NCBI GenBank assembly: GCA_964632315.1
Contig: CAZWEM010000065.1
Coordinates: forward strand, 1 to 14,291
DNA: 14,291 bases
Direction of reading: 5' to 3'
Origin: an uncultured archaeon
Lineage (GTDB): Archaea; Asgardarchaeota; Lokiarchaeia; Sigyniarchaeales; SOKP01
Positions 6,098 through 14,291 of the stretch are shown here, piece by piece. Positions within the stretch are counted from its first letter, which is position 1. Each line of letters begins with the position of its first letter. Position numbers and translations under genes: made by a program. The notes beneath the pieces are model-generated. The model was given only the letters and a program-made list of their open reading frames with translations. It searched no databases and was not told the DNA's origin.

Positions 6098-6801
6098 GGT
6101 TTCTGCAACTTCTTTCTTACTATTCTTTTATTTCTTGCTAATTTTTTTAAAGCATCTTCCGAGGACTCTCCTATTTCTATTTGCTTTTTGATAAATACAC
6201 CAGTTCTGCCCATCTTCTCCCTTTTTAGTAAAACTTTTTCACGTTCTAATACTGTATCAAGGCCCACATTCACTTTTTTTGCTACGAGGTTTTCATTTCC
6301 GATAATTGAAGTTTCATGATGTCCATTATCTAAAGGTTCAATAAGAACTAATCTTTTATCTATTCCAGGTAATCTAATACCTTGTTTTAGCTGCTTATAA
6401 TTAACTTTTCCTCCAAAGTTGTAAAATTCCAATGATTTCTTGTCTAATTTTGAAAGTGGAAAAGATATACTCTCTAATTCACTTAGATAAATGTACATCT
6501 TTAATGAATCATTTGGAGTAGCCATTATTATTTCTCGAAAGTAATTTTCAAACCCATTAAGCGATAAAATATATTCTATCTTAAATGGCGATAAAACATA
6601 GGGAAAAATAAGGTCGATATCACTGTCTCTATGAACATCTCCTCGAGCAATACTCCCAATTACAAACGGGTTTAGGCCTTCCCTAATGAACATCTTTAGC
6701 AGTATTTTAGCTCGTATTCTCTTTTCTTTTAATGTAGTCCAATCTTGATCTGTATATTCTACAACTTTATCATAAGCTCTTAAGATTTTAAGATTAGTCA
6801 T
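6094..6801 (-). CDS. Pol-beta-superfamily nucleotidyltransferase domain protein (archaeal COG2413-like)
   Basis: GSIARGDVHRDSDIDL (hG[GS]…DhD) motif, plus EFYNFGG, PGIDKRL and REKMGRTGVF. I prefer ATG 6801 over the track's TTG 6825. Confidence 0.85.
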   Translation of the reverse strand: MTNLKILRAYDKVVEYTDQDWTTLKEKRIRAKILLKMFIREGLNPFVIGSIARGDVHRDSDIDLIFPYVLSPFKIEYILSLNGFENYFREIIMATPNDSLKMYIYLSELESISFPLSKLDKKSLEFYNFGGKVNYKQLKQGIRLPGIDKRLVLIEPLDNGHHETSIIGNENLVAKKVNVGLDTVLEREKVLLKREKMGRTGVFIKKQIEIGESSEDALKKLARNKRIVRKKLQKP

Positions 6802-6831
6802 ATTTCTCTCAATAATTATATTCAATTTCTT

Positions 6832-7596
6832 TTAAATGATTAATTCCATTAGAGCACCGAATAACAAAGTTTCATAATGCTTGAATTTGTGAGTTGATTT
6901 TTGAATTAGAGTAAGATTGGATGAGAATTCTTGATTATTTTTAATAATATGTCTATACCAGCGACTTTTGATGAATTTTAACGAGTATTCACTAATTAAT
7001 AAATGATAATTAGAGTTTGAACTCAAATTAGAGATTAGCGCATTACTATTCATTTGAGAGAATTTAGGGTTAATAACTATTTGAAGTTTACAATCTGCCT
7101 CATTAATGAGGGTGTTTACTCGTTTTTCTCTTAATGTGAGGATTAAATAGTTTTTATTTGTCTCTTGATCTATATAGTTTAAAATCGAATGAATTAGCTC
7201 ACTCAAATCCTCTAATATATCATTTTCAGTTCTCTCTTTGATTAGGATTTCTAATTTTACATCTATAACATTCATTCCATAGCTGACAATTCCTTCGATC
7301 AAAGCATGTAAAAGTCTACTTTTTCTTTTGGTTCGAAGTATTAGTAAATACGGTAATTGATTTTTTTTGATATCATCAGTTTGAATACAACTCCAATAAT
7401 TGACTTTAATCTTTTGACTATTCAATGATGGAAGATTACCATTAAACTTAGACTGATGAATTTTTTCATTTGTAAATGAATGACGCCATCTAGTTAGGTG
7501 CTTGACGACTTTAACAGCAATTAAAATGAGAATTAAAGCAATAATGATAATACTATCTACGGTTATCCAATCAACTCGAAATATATCAAAAGACAA
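6832..7596 (-). CDS. N-terminally membrane-anchored hypothetical protein, possibly a degenerate alpha/beta-hydrolase-like fold
   Basis: TM segment IIIIALILILIAVKVV; alternating beta/alpha pattern (YLLIL…IVSYGMNVIDV…YLILTL…LTLIQKSTHKF); no GxSxG motif. Confidence 0.6.
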   Translation of the reverse strand: MSFDIFRVDWITVDSIIIIALILILIAVKVVKHLTRWRHSFTNEKIHQSKFNGNLPSLNSQKIKVNYWSCIQTDDIKKNQLPYLLILRTKRKSRLLHALIEGIVSYGMNVIDVKLEILIKERTENDILEDLSELIHSILNYIDQETNKNYLILTLREKRVNTLINEADCKLQIVINPKFSQMNSNALISNLSSNSNYHLLISEYSLKFIKSRWYRHIIKNNQEFSSNLTLIQKSTHKFKHYETLLFGALMELII

Positions 7597-7611
7597 GAAA
7601 AATCAAGCTCT

Positions 7612-7926
7612 TTATTTTGTGTTATCTTCTATCCAATCTAAATATTTCTCTGAGCCTTTAGCAATGGGAAATGCAATACACTCTGGAATCTCGTAACTAT
7701 GGAGTTCATTAATCCTTTTAATGATTAAATTGATCTTAGCTTCACTTGTTTTAATGATTAATAACTGTTCTTCATCCACTTCGACCTTGCCTTTCCAACG
7801 ATATGTCGAAATTAAATTTCTCACAACATTGACACAAGCTGCTAATCTTTCACCTACTAATTTATCAGCAATTCTTTTCGCTTCTTCCATATTCGGAACC
7901 GTAACAAAAAACACGTAAAATTGCAT
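7612..7926 (-). CDS. cutA: Divalent-cation tolerance protein CutA
   Basis: VTVP…EAKRIA..LV.ERLAACVN, STYRWKGKVE.DEE.LLIIKT, HSYEIPECI and GSEKYLDWI motifs. Confidence 0.96.
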   Translation of the reverse strand: MQFYVFFVTVPNMEEAKRIADKLVGERLAACVNVVRNLISTYRWKGKVEVDEEQLLIIKTSEAKINLIIKRINELHSYEIPECIAFPIAKGSEKYLDWIEDNTK

Positions 7927-8035
7927 AAAAATCTACATTTATTTATTGTTTATATCTAGTTCTAAATTAAATTCAAACTTTTTGCTTAGAAAGTGAAATT
8001 AAAAATATGTTTTTTAATTTAATCCTAATATAGTA
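7927..8035. promoter_or_regulatory. Divergent promoter region between cutA and the GHMP kinase gene
   Basis: 109-bp AT-rich intergenic region between divergently oriented genes, with TTTATAT and TTTAATTTAA TATA-like elements. Confidence 0.45.
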
Positions 8036-8980
8036 ATGACAGAAAATTATTCATTTGAAGTTCCTGGAAGGATATGTATTTTAGGGGATAAAGTGGATCT
8101 CTTAGAAAAACCAGTTATCGCAGCAGCAATAGATTTAATGATGAGCTTTGAACTTCAAAAGAAAGATGATTCAAATGTCATTTTTTATAGCCAAGATACC
8201 GGAGAAAAGATAGAGTTCAAACTCGGTGAAAATCCTCCTATTGATATTAATCTTGGTTATTGGAGTGTGTTATATGAAAGGTTAAAGGATCAAATTGATG
8301 TTGGGTTTTCTTTAAGTGTAAGATCAGACATTCCAATTGGACGTGGATTATCTACATCTGCAGCACTTTCAATAGGGTTTTTAAGAGCAATGAATTTAGC
8401 TTATGATTTAAAATTGTCTGCCCGTAAGATCGCAGAACTTGCCTATAAAGGAGAAAATCATGATCTTGGAATCCAGTGTGGAAGGATGGATCAGTATAGT
8501 ATTGCTTATGGAGGAGTTACTTTCATTTACACAGATGCTAACCCTAAAGTTGAACAAATGAACATATCTGCAATACCAATTGTCGTGGGAGATTCTCTTG
8601 AAAACAGGAAAGCAAGTTCGGTATTAAATAGAATAAAGTCTCAGATTCGAGAAGGAAATGAAAATGTTTTAAGAGCTTTTAAAATAATTGAAGAATGTGT
8701 TTATGAAGGAAGATTTGCATTAATTAACAAAGATTTTATACAATTAGGAAAACTAATGGATAAACAACAAGAACAAGAAATAAATTTAGAAGCAAATACC
8801 CAAATGATTAACAAGTTATGCACCGCTTCAAAACAGGCTGGGGCATTTGGAGCAAAGCAAATGGGTGCGGGAGGAGGAGGATGCATGCTTGCATTGTGCC
8901 CAGGAAAGCAAGAAGAAGTAGCAAATGCTATAGAAAAAGCCGGAGGAAAAGCATGGGTCTTCAATATATACAACTACTGA
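8036..8980 (+). CDS. GHMP-family kinase, probably a sugar (galactokinase-like) kinase
   Basis: PGRICILGDKVD (motif I), IPIGRGLSTSAA (ATP-binding motif II), CGRMDQY and KQMGAGGGG (motif III). Confidence 0.88.
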   Translation: MTENYSFEVPGRICILGDKVDLLEKPVIAAAIDLMMSFELQKKDDSNVIFYSQDTGEKIEFKLGENPPIDINLGYWSVLYERLKDQIDVGFSLSVRSDIPIGRGLSTSAALSIGFLRAMNLAYDLKLSARKIAELAYKGENHDLGIQCGRMDQYSIAYGGVTFIYTDANPKVEQMNISAIPIVVGDSLENRKASSVLNRIKSQIREGNENVLRAFKIIEECVYEGRFALINKDFIQLGKLMDKQQEQEINLEANTQMINKLCTASKQAGAFGAKQMGAGGGGCMLALCPGKQEEVANAIEKAGGKAWVFNIYNY

Positions 8981-8997
8981 ATTGATTAGTAAAAATT

Positions 8998-9735
8998 ATG
9001 AAAGCCATAATATTGTGTGCAGGTTATGGAACACGGATGGAACCTTACACCAATGAATATCAAAAAGTTATGATTCCACTCCACGGTAAACCGATTCTTG
9101 AATATTTAATCCAATCAATAAAGAAAGCAGGAATGCAAGACTTCATAATTGTAGTTGGTTATAGAAAGGAACAAATTATAGATTACTTTAATGAAGGGAA
9201 AGATCTAGGAGTTCATATTGAATATGTTCACCAAGATAACCTAAATGGTACTGGTGGAGCACTATTATTATGTGAACCATTGCTAAGTGAAAATTCTTTT
9301 TTTTTAACTTGGGGAGACACCTTAGTCATTCCAGAAATATATGAAAAAGTTATACAAATGGGGAATCAGGAAAAGGAAAAATTTGTTTTAGTTGCAAATT
9401 ATGTTATTGATCCCTTCAGGGGAGCTGCGATATATCTTGATGGAGACTATTGTAAAATGATAATAGAAAAACCCAAAAAAGGTACATCCACTACTAATCT
9501 CAATAATGCAGGAATTTTTGTATTGGATCATCAGATCTTTAAAGTTCTGAAAACACAAAAACCTTCTGAAAGAGGAGAAATAGAAGTTCCAGAAACTATA
9601 AGCTTTGGGATTAAACACCTAAATTGGAAATTTCGTGTAATTAGAATGAAAGAAAGCGATTTCTATGCTGATTTTGGGGATAAAGAATCGTATGAAAAAC
9701 TTAAAAAGGATACTAGTTGGTTAGAGCTGCTTTAA
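8998..9735 (+). CDS. NDP-sugar pyrophosphorylase / sugar-1-phosphate nucleotidyltransferase
   Basis: KAIILCAGYGTRMEPYT…QKVMIPLHGKPIL, GTGGAL, WGD, IIEKP, NAGIFV and SERGEIE motifs. No C-terminal hexapeptide domain. Confidence 0.92.
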   Translation: MKAIILCAGYGTRMEPYTNEYQKVMIPLHGKPILEYLIQSIKKAGMQDFIIVVGYRKEQIIDYFNEGKDLGVHIEYVHQDNLNGTGGALLLCEPLLSENSFFLTWGDTLVIPEIYEKVIQMGNQEKEKFVLVANYVIDPFRGAAIYLDGDYCKMIIEKPKKGTSTTNLNNAGIFVLDHQIFKVLKTQKPSERGEIEVPETISFGIKHLNWKFRVIRMKESDFYADFGDKESYEKLKKDTSWLELL

Positions 9736-9838
9736 AAGTCTATTATAGAATTTTTAAGACAAGATGATTTCGAGATTAAATCATAGTCGAACTAGGATTT
9801 TTGTTCTTTAAATAATCTTGTACTAAATTTATATTGAT

Positions 9839-10192
9839 ATGGATAAAAACTCAAAATATTTGAAGATAGTAAAGGGATTAACCTTTTTAGGTGGTATGAT
9901 TAATTTCTTGTACTGCCTGTTTTACTTGCTTAACATCGATGACGTTGATCAATGGGTTCTTACATTTGGTGTCAGTGATATTGTCTTTATGATGATAGGG
10001 ATGGTGATCTCAGGACTTTCAATTCTTGTAGCCGTGAAACCACACGATCCTATACCTCTTAATTGGATGGTATTAGTCATTTTCACGGTTTTATTGATGA
10101 TCTTTTCATTTATGGGAGGAGCATTATTGATATTAGTAGCTACGGTATTTGATGTTATTGATACGGCTAAATCAGATGACAAAATCGAGTAA
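9839..10192 (+). CDS. Small integral membrane protein (3-4 TM helices), function unknown
   Basis: 117 aa with hydrophobic segments LTFLGGMINFLYCLFYLL, IVFMMIGMVISGLSILVAV and WMVLVIFTVLLMIFSFMGGALLILVATVF. Confidence 0.8.
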   Translation: MDKNSKYLKIVKGLTFLGGMINFLYCLFYLLNIDDVDQWVLTFGVSDIVFMMIGMVISGLSILVAVKPHDPIPLNWMVLVIFTVLLMIFSFMGGALLILVATVFDVIDTAKSDDKIE

Positions 10193-10310
10193 AAAAATTA
10201 TCTCTGATAAAATTAGTCTTGAAAAGAAGGGCAATAAAAAATAATAAATCTTTTGTTTTTTAAAAAGGATGGGCGAGATTTGTATTTAAAATGTTCTAAA
10301 ACTGATCTCA

Positions 10311-13300
10311 ATGAAAAAAATTAATACCAATAAAATGGGTCTTATCATTTGGATTATATTCTTGATGCTTTCACCTACAATACAAACCCGAGAAGGAGGA
10401 ATTAATTCGAATTTAATGCTTAAAACTAATGAGCTCAATGAAAATAATTTCAATGATGAAGAAGTTAAAGATTCTTCTTCAAACAATAACTATGAGCTAT
10501 TACAAGCCATTATGGACCAGAAATGCGCGGATTATCAATATCTAGGATATTATCCACAAATCTTTGAGTCTTCACTCCAAGCTACGTATTATGGACTCTA
10601 TATTTTGGAATCTTTAGATCGATTGGACTATATTAACGCAACGATATTAGAAAATTTCATAATGTCTAAATATTTAGAAAACAAGCATTACTTTATTGAT
10701 TCATATGCATATCGCTATCTTGATTGTGACTACTATTCTCTCTGGCCTTGGCACTCCCTCTTGGAAGTTAACTGTTATGCAATCTTATCCTTACAAATTT
10801 TAGAGAAATTAGAATTAATTGATAAGCAACAGTTCGTCAATTTCATATGGAGTTGCTACAATCCCATGACTAGTGGCTTTATCGGAAAACCCTTTAATCC
10901 CGACTTACCCTCCTATTTTCAACTTTCCACTCTTGATAACACGTATTTTGCGATTAAAACCTTGAATACATTGATGGATGATTGGAGCGCTTACACGTCA
11001 GTTATATCTGAATTAACCATATTCATGAACAGTTTGCAATCTTATGGAATAAATGGCGGATTCTTAAATGATGACAACTTCACCATTGGTTCCCTTTGTA
11101 TATGCGAGCCAAACATTATATCCACCTATTATGCTGTAAAAAGTCTTGAGACAATTGGGATGCTTGAAACGATTCGTACTCCAGATCTCCACGAAAATCT
11201 AGCAAATTTATATCACGATGACAAGTATTTCGATATTTCGTGGTATCCAATAGTCAATAATGAAAGTAATCTTGTTGCATCGGCTATTGGCTTGGATATC
11301 TCTAACCTAAGCAATTTTGAAGCGGTTAATTATCAAAATATCATTAAATTCTTGAGGGATAATCGTAATATTCACGGAGGGTGGGATAGTTCTACTAATT
11401 TTGATTATCACGAATTAATCGATACATTTCAAATCATCAGATCATTACGGGAAAGCGGTTATATTTGCAACCTGAGCAGTAATGAAAAAAATGAGATCGC
11501 CGTTTCGCTCGATATTTTCGAATTCAATGGATTATTTTCATTGATGCCTGAGGATTACTGTTCTTTAACGTTATTAAATACTATTGCGAGCAGTTTTCAT
11601 TATTTTGGAAGGATCTCTAATTTGCGATTACAAGAAATATATGATCAATTTCTTAAAATCCTAATTTACCATCCAGGGATTAACATCTATGAATTTGGAG
11701 CTTGTTGGGGCATTAACCCCCTCTACTGTTCTTTTCGTTCTATTCCTATTGAATTCGTAGGGTCCACCTTTCATGAACACTTTAACGGTACTGAATCAAT
11801 GCGGAGTCATAAATGGAATTTTCTCGCGCTTGATGCACTATTAAAATGTTATAAGCTAGATGATCTCCAATATGATTTAGATCTTGAATTAATAGTAAAT
11901 GAAACACTTGAATCGCAATTCTTAGACCCTACCTATGAAAATTACGGTGCATTTATTCAAGCGCCATCTTACATGGGATTTAGCAGAAAATACCAAATTC
12001 GAAATTCTTTTTTCGAATACACGTTCTACGCTATAAAAACTCTAGAATTATTGTCAAGTTTCCTCAGTTTGGGTAATTTGACTGATCTTGATTTCGATAA
12101 AATCGCATTGAGCAACTATATTTTTCGAAATGTTATTGAAACTGACTCTTACCTTTATTTCAATCCCGGTTTTACTGAGGACAAAAACATCATATTGAAA
12201 TATACTTATTACATGGCTTATGTTCTAAACGCTTTAGGTGAAAAAGTGAACAACATCCAAAAAGTCCAAAATTTTGTAATGGAATCGCTTGATTATTCAA
12301 ACATCGAAAATATCTATTATTGTTATAAACTCTCAGAAGTTTTAGACTTGGAAATCCAGTTTGATTATGAAAATATTCAAAAATTGATATCTTTACTCTA
12401 TGACCCAGAGATTCACGAATTTTATCTTGACTCAACACGAACAACGGTCTCACAAGAAGCATTTGGTTGGATTTGCGAGATAGCTAAAAATTCTAAGATG
12501 ATTTTTTACCCCCAATTCGATTCCCCTTTATATTTAGGAACAACGTGTCGGCTAGAACTCACCTTCGAAAATATGGTCTTAGATCAACTGGGGGCGAGTG
12601 GGCGCGTCTGGTTTGCCAGTGAACAATTCGGAACGATTCCGCTTTCATATCAGCCAGGAGATGTATATCAAACTAACTTTTTTATTCCATTTGAACCCGA
12701 ATTTTTTCCGATAATCGAAGGAGAAATTCAAGTTTACGAGTTAGGCTACTTCATCGATCAAGTACCAATTATCTTGCAGACCGAAATCAATCATGATATT
12801 TCGAATAAGACCATTGTCACCAATGAGGATATTCAATTTCAAGTAAACATTTCACGTTTCATTAGCGGGATTCCAAATCCATTAAACGACTCTGAAATTT
12901 TTATCGAGGTTTCTAGCAATGATACTATTACAGATATCATCGCCATGGATAAGGATGATTTCCAAGAATACTCTTTATATCATGTAGATTATGAATTCGA
13001 TCAAAAAACTCAATACAAGTTTAGGGCAGTTCTTTTAGACGACTATTACCCTCAAGGCATGTTTCTCTTTTCAAAATCTCTCAATCCAAAGCCCGTACTT
13101 CCTCTTATACTCCCTCCAATGAACTTAAATGGAACTGTACTTGCCATTATCGGCCTTAGTTTCTCAGTTTTTATTCCAGGTTTATTAGTGGGAGTCAATA
13201 CGAAACTTAAGAAGAAAAAGAAGCATGAAACACCCAAATTAAAAGATAAATCGAAAAGCCAGCAAGTCCCAACCGATGAAAATATACTAGAAGAAATTAA

Positions 13301-13322
13301 ACAAAAATACTTCGACGATTAA
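10311..13322 (+). CDS. Large secreted, C-terminally membrane-anchored glycoprotein with prenyltransferase/terpene-cyclase-like (alpha/alpha) barrel repeats
   Basis: Signal peptide MKKINTNKMGLIIWIIFLMLSP; about 12 repeats of the type (GGF)…TYYAxxxLxxLG; beta-rich region near aa 735-925; TM helix VLAIIGLSFSVFIPGLLVGV followed by KLKKKKK; at least 13 N-x-S/T sequons. Confidence 0.8.
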   Translation: MKKINTNKMGLIIWIIFLMLSPTIQTREGGINSNLMLKTNELNENNFNDEEVKDSSSNNNYELLQAIMDQKCADYQYLGYYPQIFESSLQATYYGLYILESLDRLDYINATILENFIMSKYLENKHYFIDSYAYRYLDCDYYSLWPWHSLLEVNCYAILSLQILEKLELIDKQQFVNFIWSCYNPMTSGFIGKPFNPDLPSYFQLSTLDNTYFAIKTLNTLMDDWSAYTSVISELTIFMNSLQSYGINGGFLNDDNFTIGSLCICEPNIISTYYAVKSLETIGMLETIRTPDLHENLANLYHDDKYFDISWYPIVNNESNLVASAIGLDISNLSNFEAVNYQNIIKFLRDNRNIHGGWDSSTNFDYHELIDTFQIIRSLRESGYICNLSSNEKNEIAVSLDIFEFNGLFSLMPEDYCSLTLLNTIASSFHYFGRISNLRLQEIYDQFLKILIYHPGINIYEFGACWGINPLYCSFRSIPIEFVGSTFHEHFNGTESMRSHKWNFLALDALLKCYKLDDLQYDLDLELIVNETLESQFLDPTYENYGAFIQAPSYMGFSRKYQIRNSFFEYTFYAIKTLELLSSFLSLGNLTDLDFDKIALSNYIFRNVIETDSYLYFNPGFTEDKNIILKYTYYMAYVLNALGEKVNNIQKVQNFVMESLDYSNIENIYYCYKLSEVLDLEIQFDYENIQKLISLLYDPEIHEFYLDSTRTTVSQEAFGWICEIAKNSKMIFYPQFDSPLYLGTTCRLELTFENMVLDQLGASGRVWFASEQFGTIPLSYQPGDVYQTNFFIPFEPEFFPIIEGEIQVYELGYFIDQVPIILQTEINHDISNKTIVTNEDIQFQVNISRFISGIPNPLNDSEIFIEVSSNDTITDIIAMDKDDFQEYSLYHVDYEFDQKTQYKFRAVLLDDYYPQGMFLFSKSLNPKPVLPLILPPMNLNGTVLAIIGLSFSVFIPGLLVGVNTKLKKKKKHETPKLKDKSKSQQVPTDENILEEIKQKYFDD

Positions 13323-13323
13323 A

Positions 13324-13390
13324 TTCTTTTTTTTCTATTCCTAATTTCTTTATTATTATTCTCTTATTATTCCATGTTTTTGTTTTAGTC
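13324..13390 (+). terminator. T-rich terminator region between convergent genes
   Basis: ttcttttttttctattcctaatttctttattattatt… follows the TAA at 13322. Confidence 0.45.
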
Positions 13391-13433
13391 TTTCCGCATA
13401 CCTCAAACTATTATCAGTCTAAGGTAATAATCG

Positions 13434-14291
13434 TCAAGTAGGATCTAAGATATAAGGTATAATCGCTTGCTCTTCCAAAATTTCATAAATTTTAAAATGA
13501 GACTCTATTCCAAGAGCTAACGATATGATTGTATTTGCATCGTACAGTTTTATAATATTTATGAAACCTAGGTAGTACTCAAGAGAGTCTACCGCATTAA
13601 ATATATCTACTGCTCTGCCAAATTTTTTATGAACTCCTGATATTGGCTTAGACTCCTCCTGATTTTCGATGATTCCTAAATTGACCAAGAGACGACGGAT
13701 AAGATGAGAAGAGCCCACTAAGCTTTTAAAACCATTTTCACGATATCGCGAGTAAAATTTATTTTCTATTTGTCGATGGACTGTACTCATGCTACATCCA
13801 AAATGGGTACATGCTCTTGCAACTTTAATTACTGGGTGTATATCCGATAAAATTGCGAGACTCACGCAGACGGCAGCGATTACCGAATCTTTTGTAGATT
13901 TAAGGGTCTCCCAAAAATGCATGACTATCTTACGAGTACAATAATAAAAGTCTAATCCAAGACCAAACTCCTCACAACAACTCCAAATTGAACGTAACAC
14001 CATTTCTCTGCGATTTCGAGAATAATAATCGGGAAAATATTGACCCAATTGCAACAAAAATTTGCGAAAATCCTTAGCCGAAATTTTTGATACGTTTAAC
14101 AATGCTTCCTTTTGGAAAACAATCGATTCCATTCTCAGATGCAGGTACAGACAAATAGGGACTAATTTTTCTACACTGCGATATTTCGTACCCGGTTGGA
14201 GGAGCCTGTATATATGCCAAAATTTCTTATATATGGCATCTTCATGCGTGAGTGAAAGATGCATTGCTGACAAAATTCGTAGTATCTCTTC
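13434..14291 (-). CDS. Divergent TFB/TFIIB-like (two cyclin-fold repeats) protein, probably 5'-truncated by the window edge
   Basis: The frame stays open past the track's TTG 14273 to the window end (EEILRILSAMHL…). Repeat 1: KYRSVEKLVPICLYLHLR…ALLNVSKISAKDFRK. Repeat 2: STKDSVIAAVCVSLAI…VARACTHFGCSMSTVHRQI. These parallel the TFB patterns GRS..S..AACLYIACR and GKSP..IAAA.IY…IA...GV...TIR. Confidence 0.65.
   Translation of the reverse strand, partial: EEILRILSAMHLSLTHEDAIYKKFWHIYRLLQPGTKYRSVEKLVPICLYLHLRMESIVFQKEALLNVSKISAKDFRKFLLQLGQYFPDYYSRNRREMVLRSIWSCCEEFGLGLDFYYCTRKIVMHFWETLKSTKDSVIAAVCVSLAILSDIHPVIKVARACTHFGCSMSTVHRQIENKFYSRYRENGFKSLVGSSHLIRRLLVNLGIIENQEESKPISGVHKKFGRAVDIFNAVDSLEYYLGFINIIKLYDANTIISLALGIESHFKIYEILEEQAIIPYILDPT

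Noticed and set aside
6094-6801. MNT antitoxin of an MNT-HEPN toxin-antitoxin pair
   Set aside because: The protein is about twice the size of a minimal nucleotidyltransferase and there is no adjacent HEPN gene. It is coupled to a radical SAM gene instead.
8036-8980. Specific call as mevalonate kinase (mvk) or galK
   Set aside because: The GEH motif is absent. CGRMDQ and the pyrophosphorylase neighbour favour a sugar kinase of undetermined specificity.
2983-13237. Short opposite-strand ORFs in the track (2983, 5469, 6077, 7502, 7721, 8701, 9388, 9949, 10286, 12190, 13052)
   Set aside because: All lie antisense within or across well-supported genes and show no motifs or independent expression signals.
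1-14291. tRNA/rRNA genes, CRISPR arrays, IS elements or integrases
   Set aside because: I saw no GC-rich structured RNA, repeat-spacer array, transposase motif or terminal inverted repeat. The intergenic regions are short and AT-rich.

Overview
AT-rich archaeal chromosomal window, most likely from an Asgard archaeon of the Lokiarchaeia type. This is inferred from the archaeal pelota, GGTGA/AGGTG ribosome-binding sites, oligo-T terminators, a divergent TFB-like paralogue and a large alpha/alpha-barrel surface protein. Positions 1-7926 hold minus-strand genes: cutA, a membrane-anchored hypothetical protein, a Pol-beta-type nucleotidyltransferase, two radical SAM proteins, pelota and several small or hypothetical proteins. 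Positions 8036-13322 hold plus-strand genes: a GHMP sugar kinase, an NDP-sugar pyrophosphorylase, a small membrane protein and a 1003-aa surface glycoprotein. A partial TFB/cyclin-fold gene ends the window. The main observation is three candidate eukaryote-like actin/membrane-remodelling genes within about 3.7 kb. (i) A 50-aa stand-alone WH2-motif microprotein (4644-4796), absent from the ORF track, with its own RBS, TATA-like box and terminator. (ii) A 206-aa helical protein with SNX-BAR-like C-terminal features (1677-2297). (iii) A 157-aa protein with a coiled coil, GPPPPP polyproline tracts and a C-terminal helix in register with the Ena/VASP F-actin-binding motif (1092-1565). All family calls come from reading motifs by eye; no searches were run.
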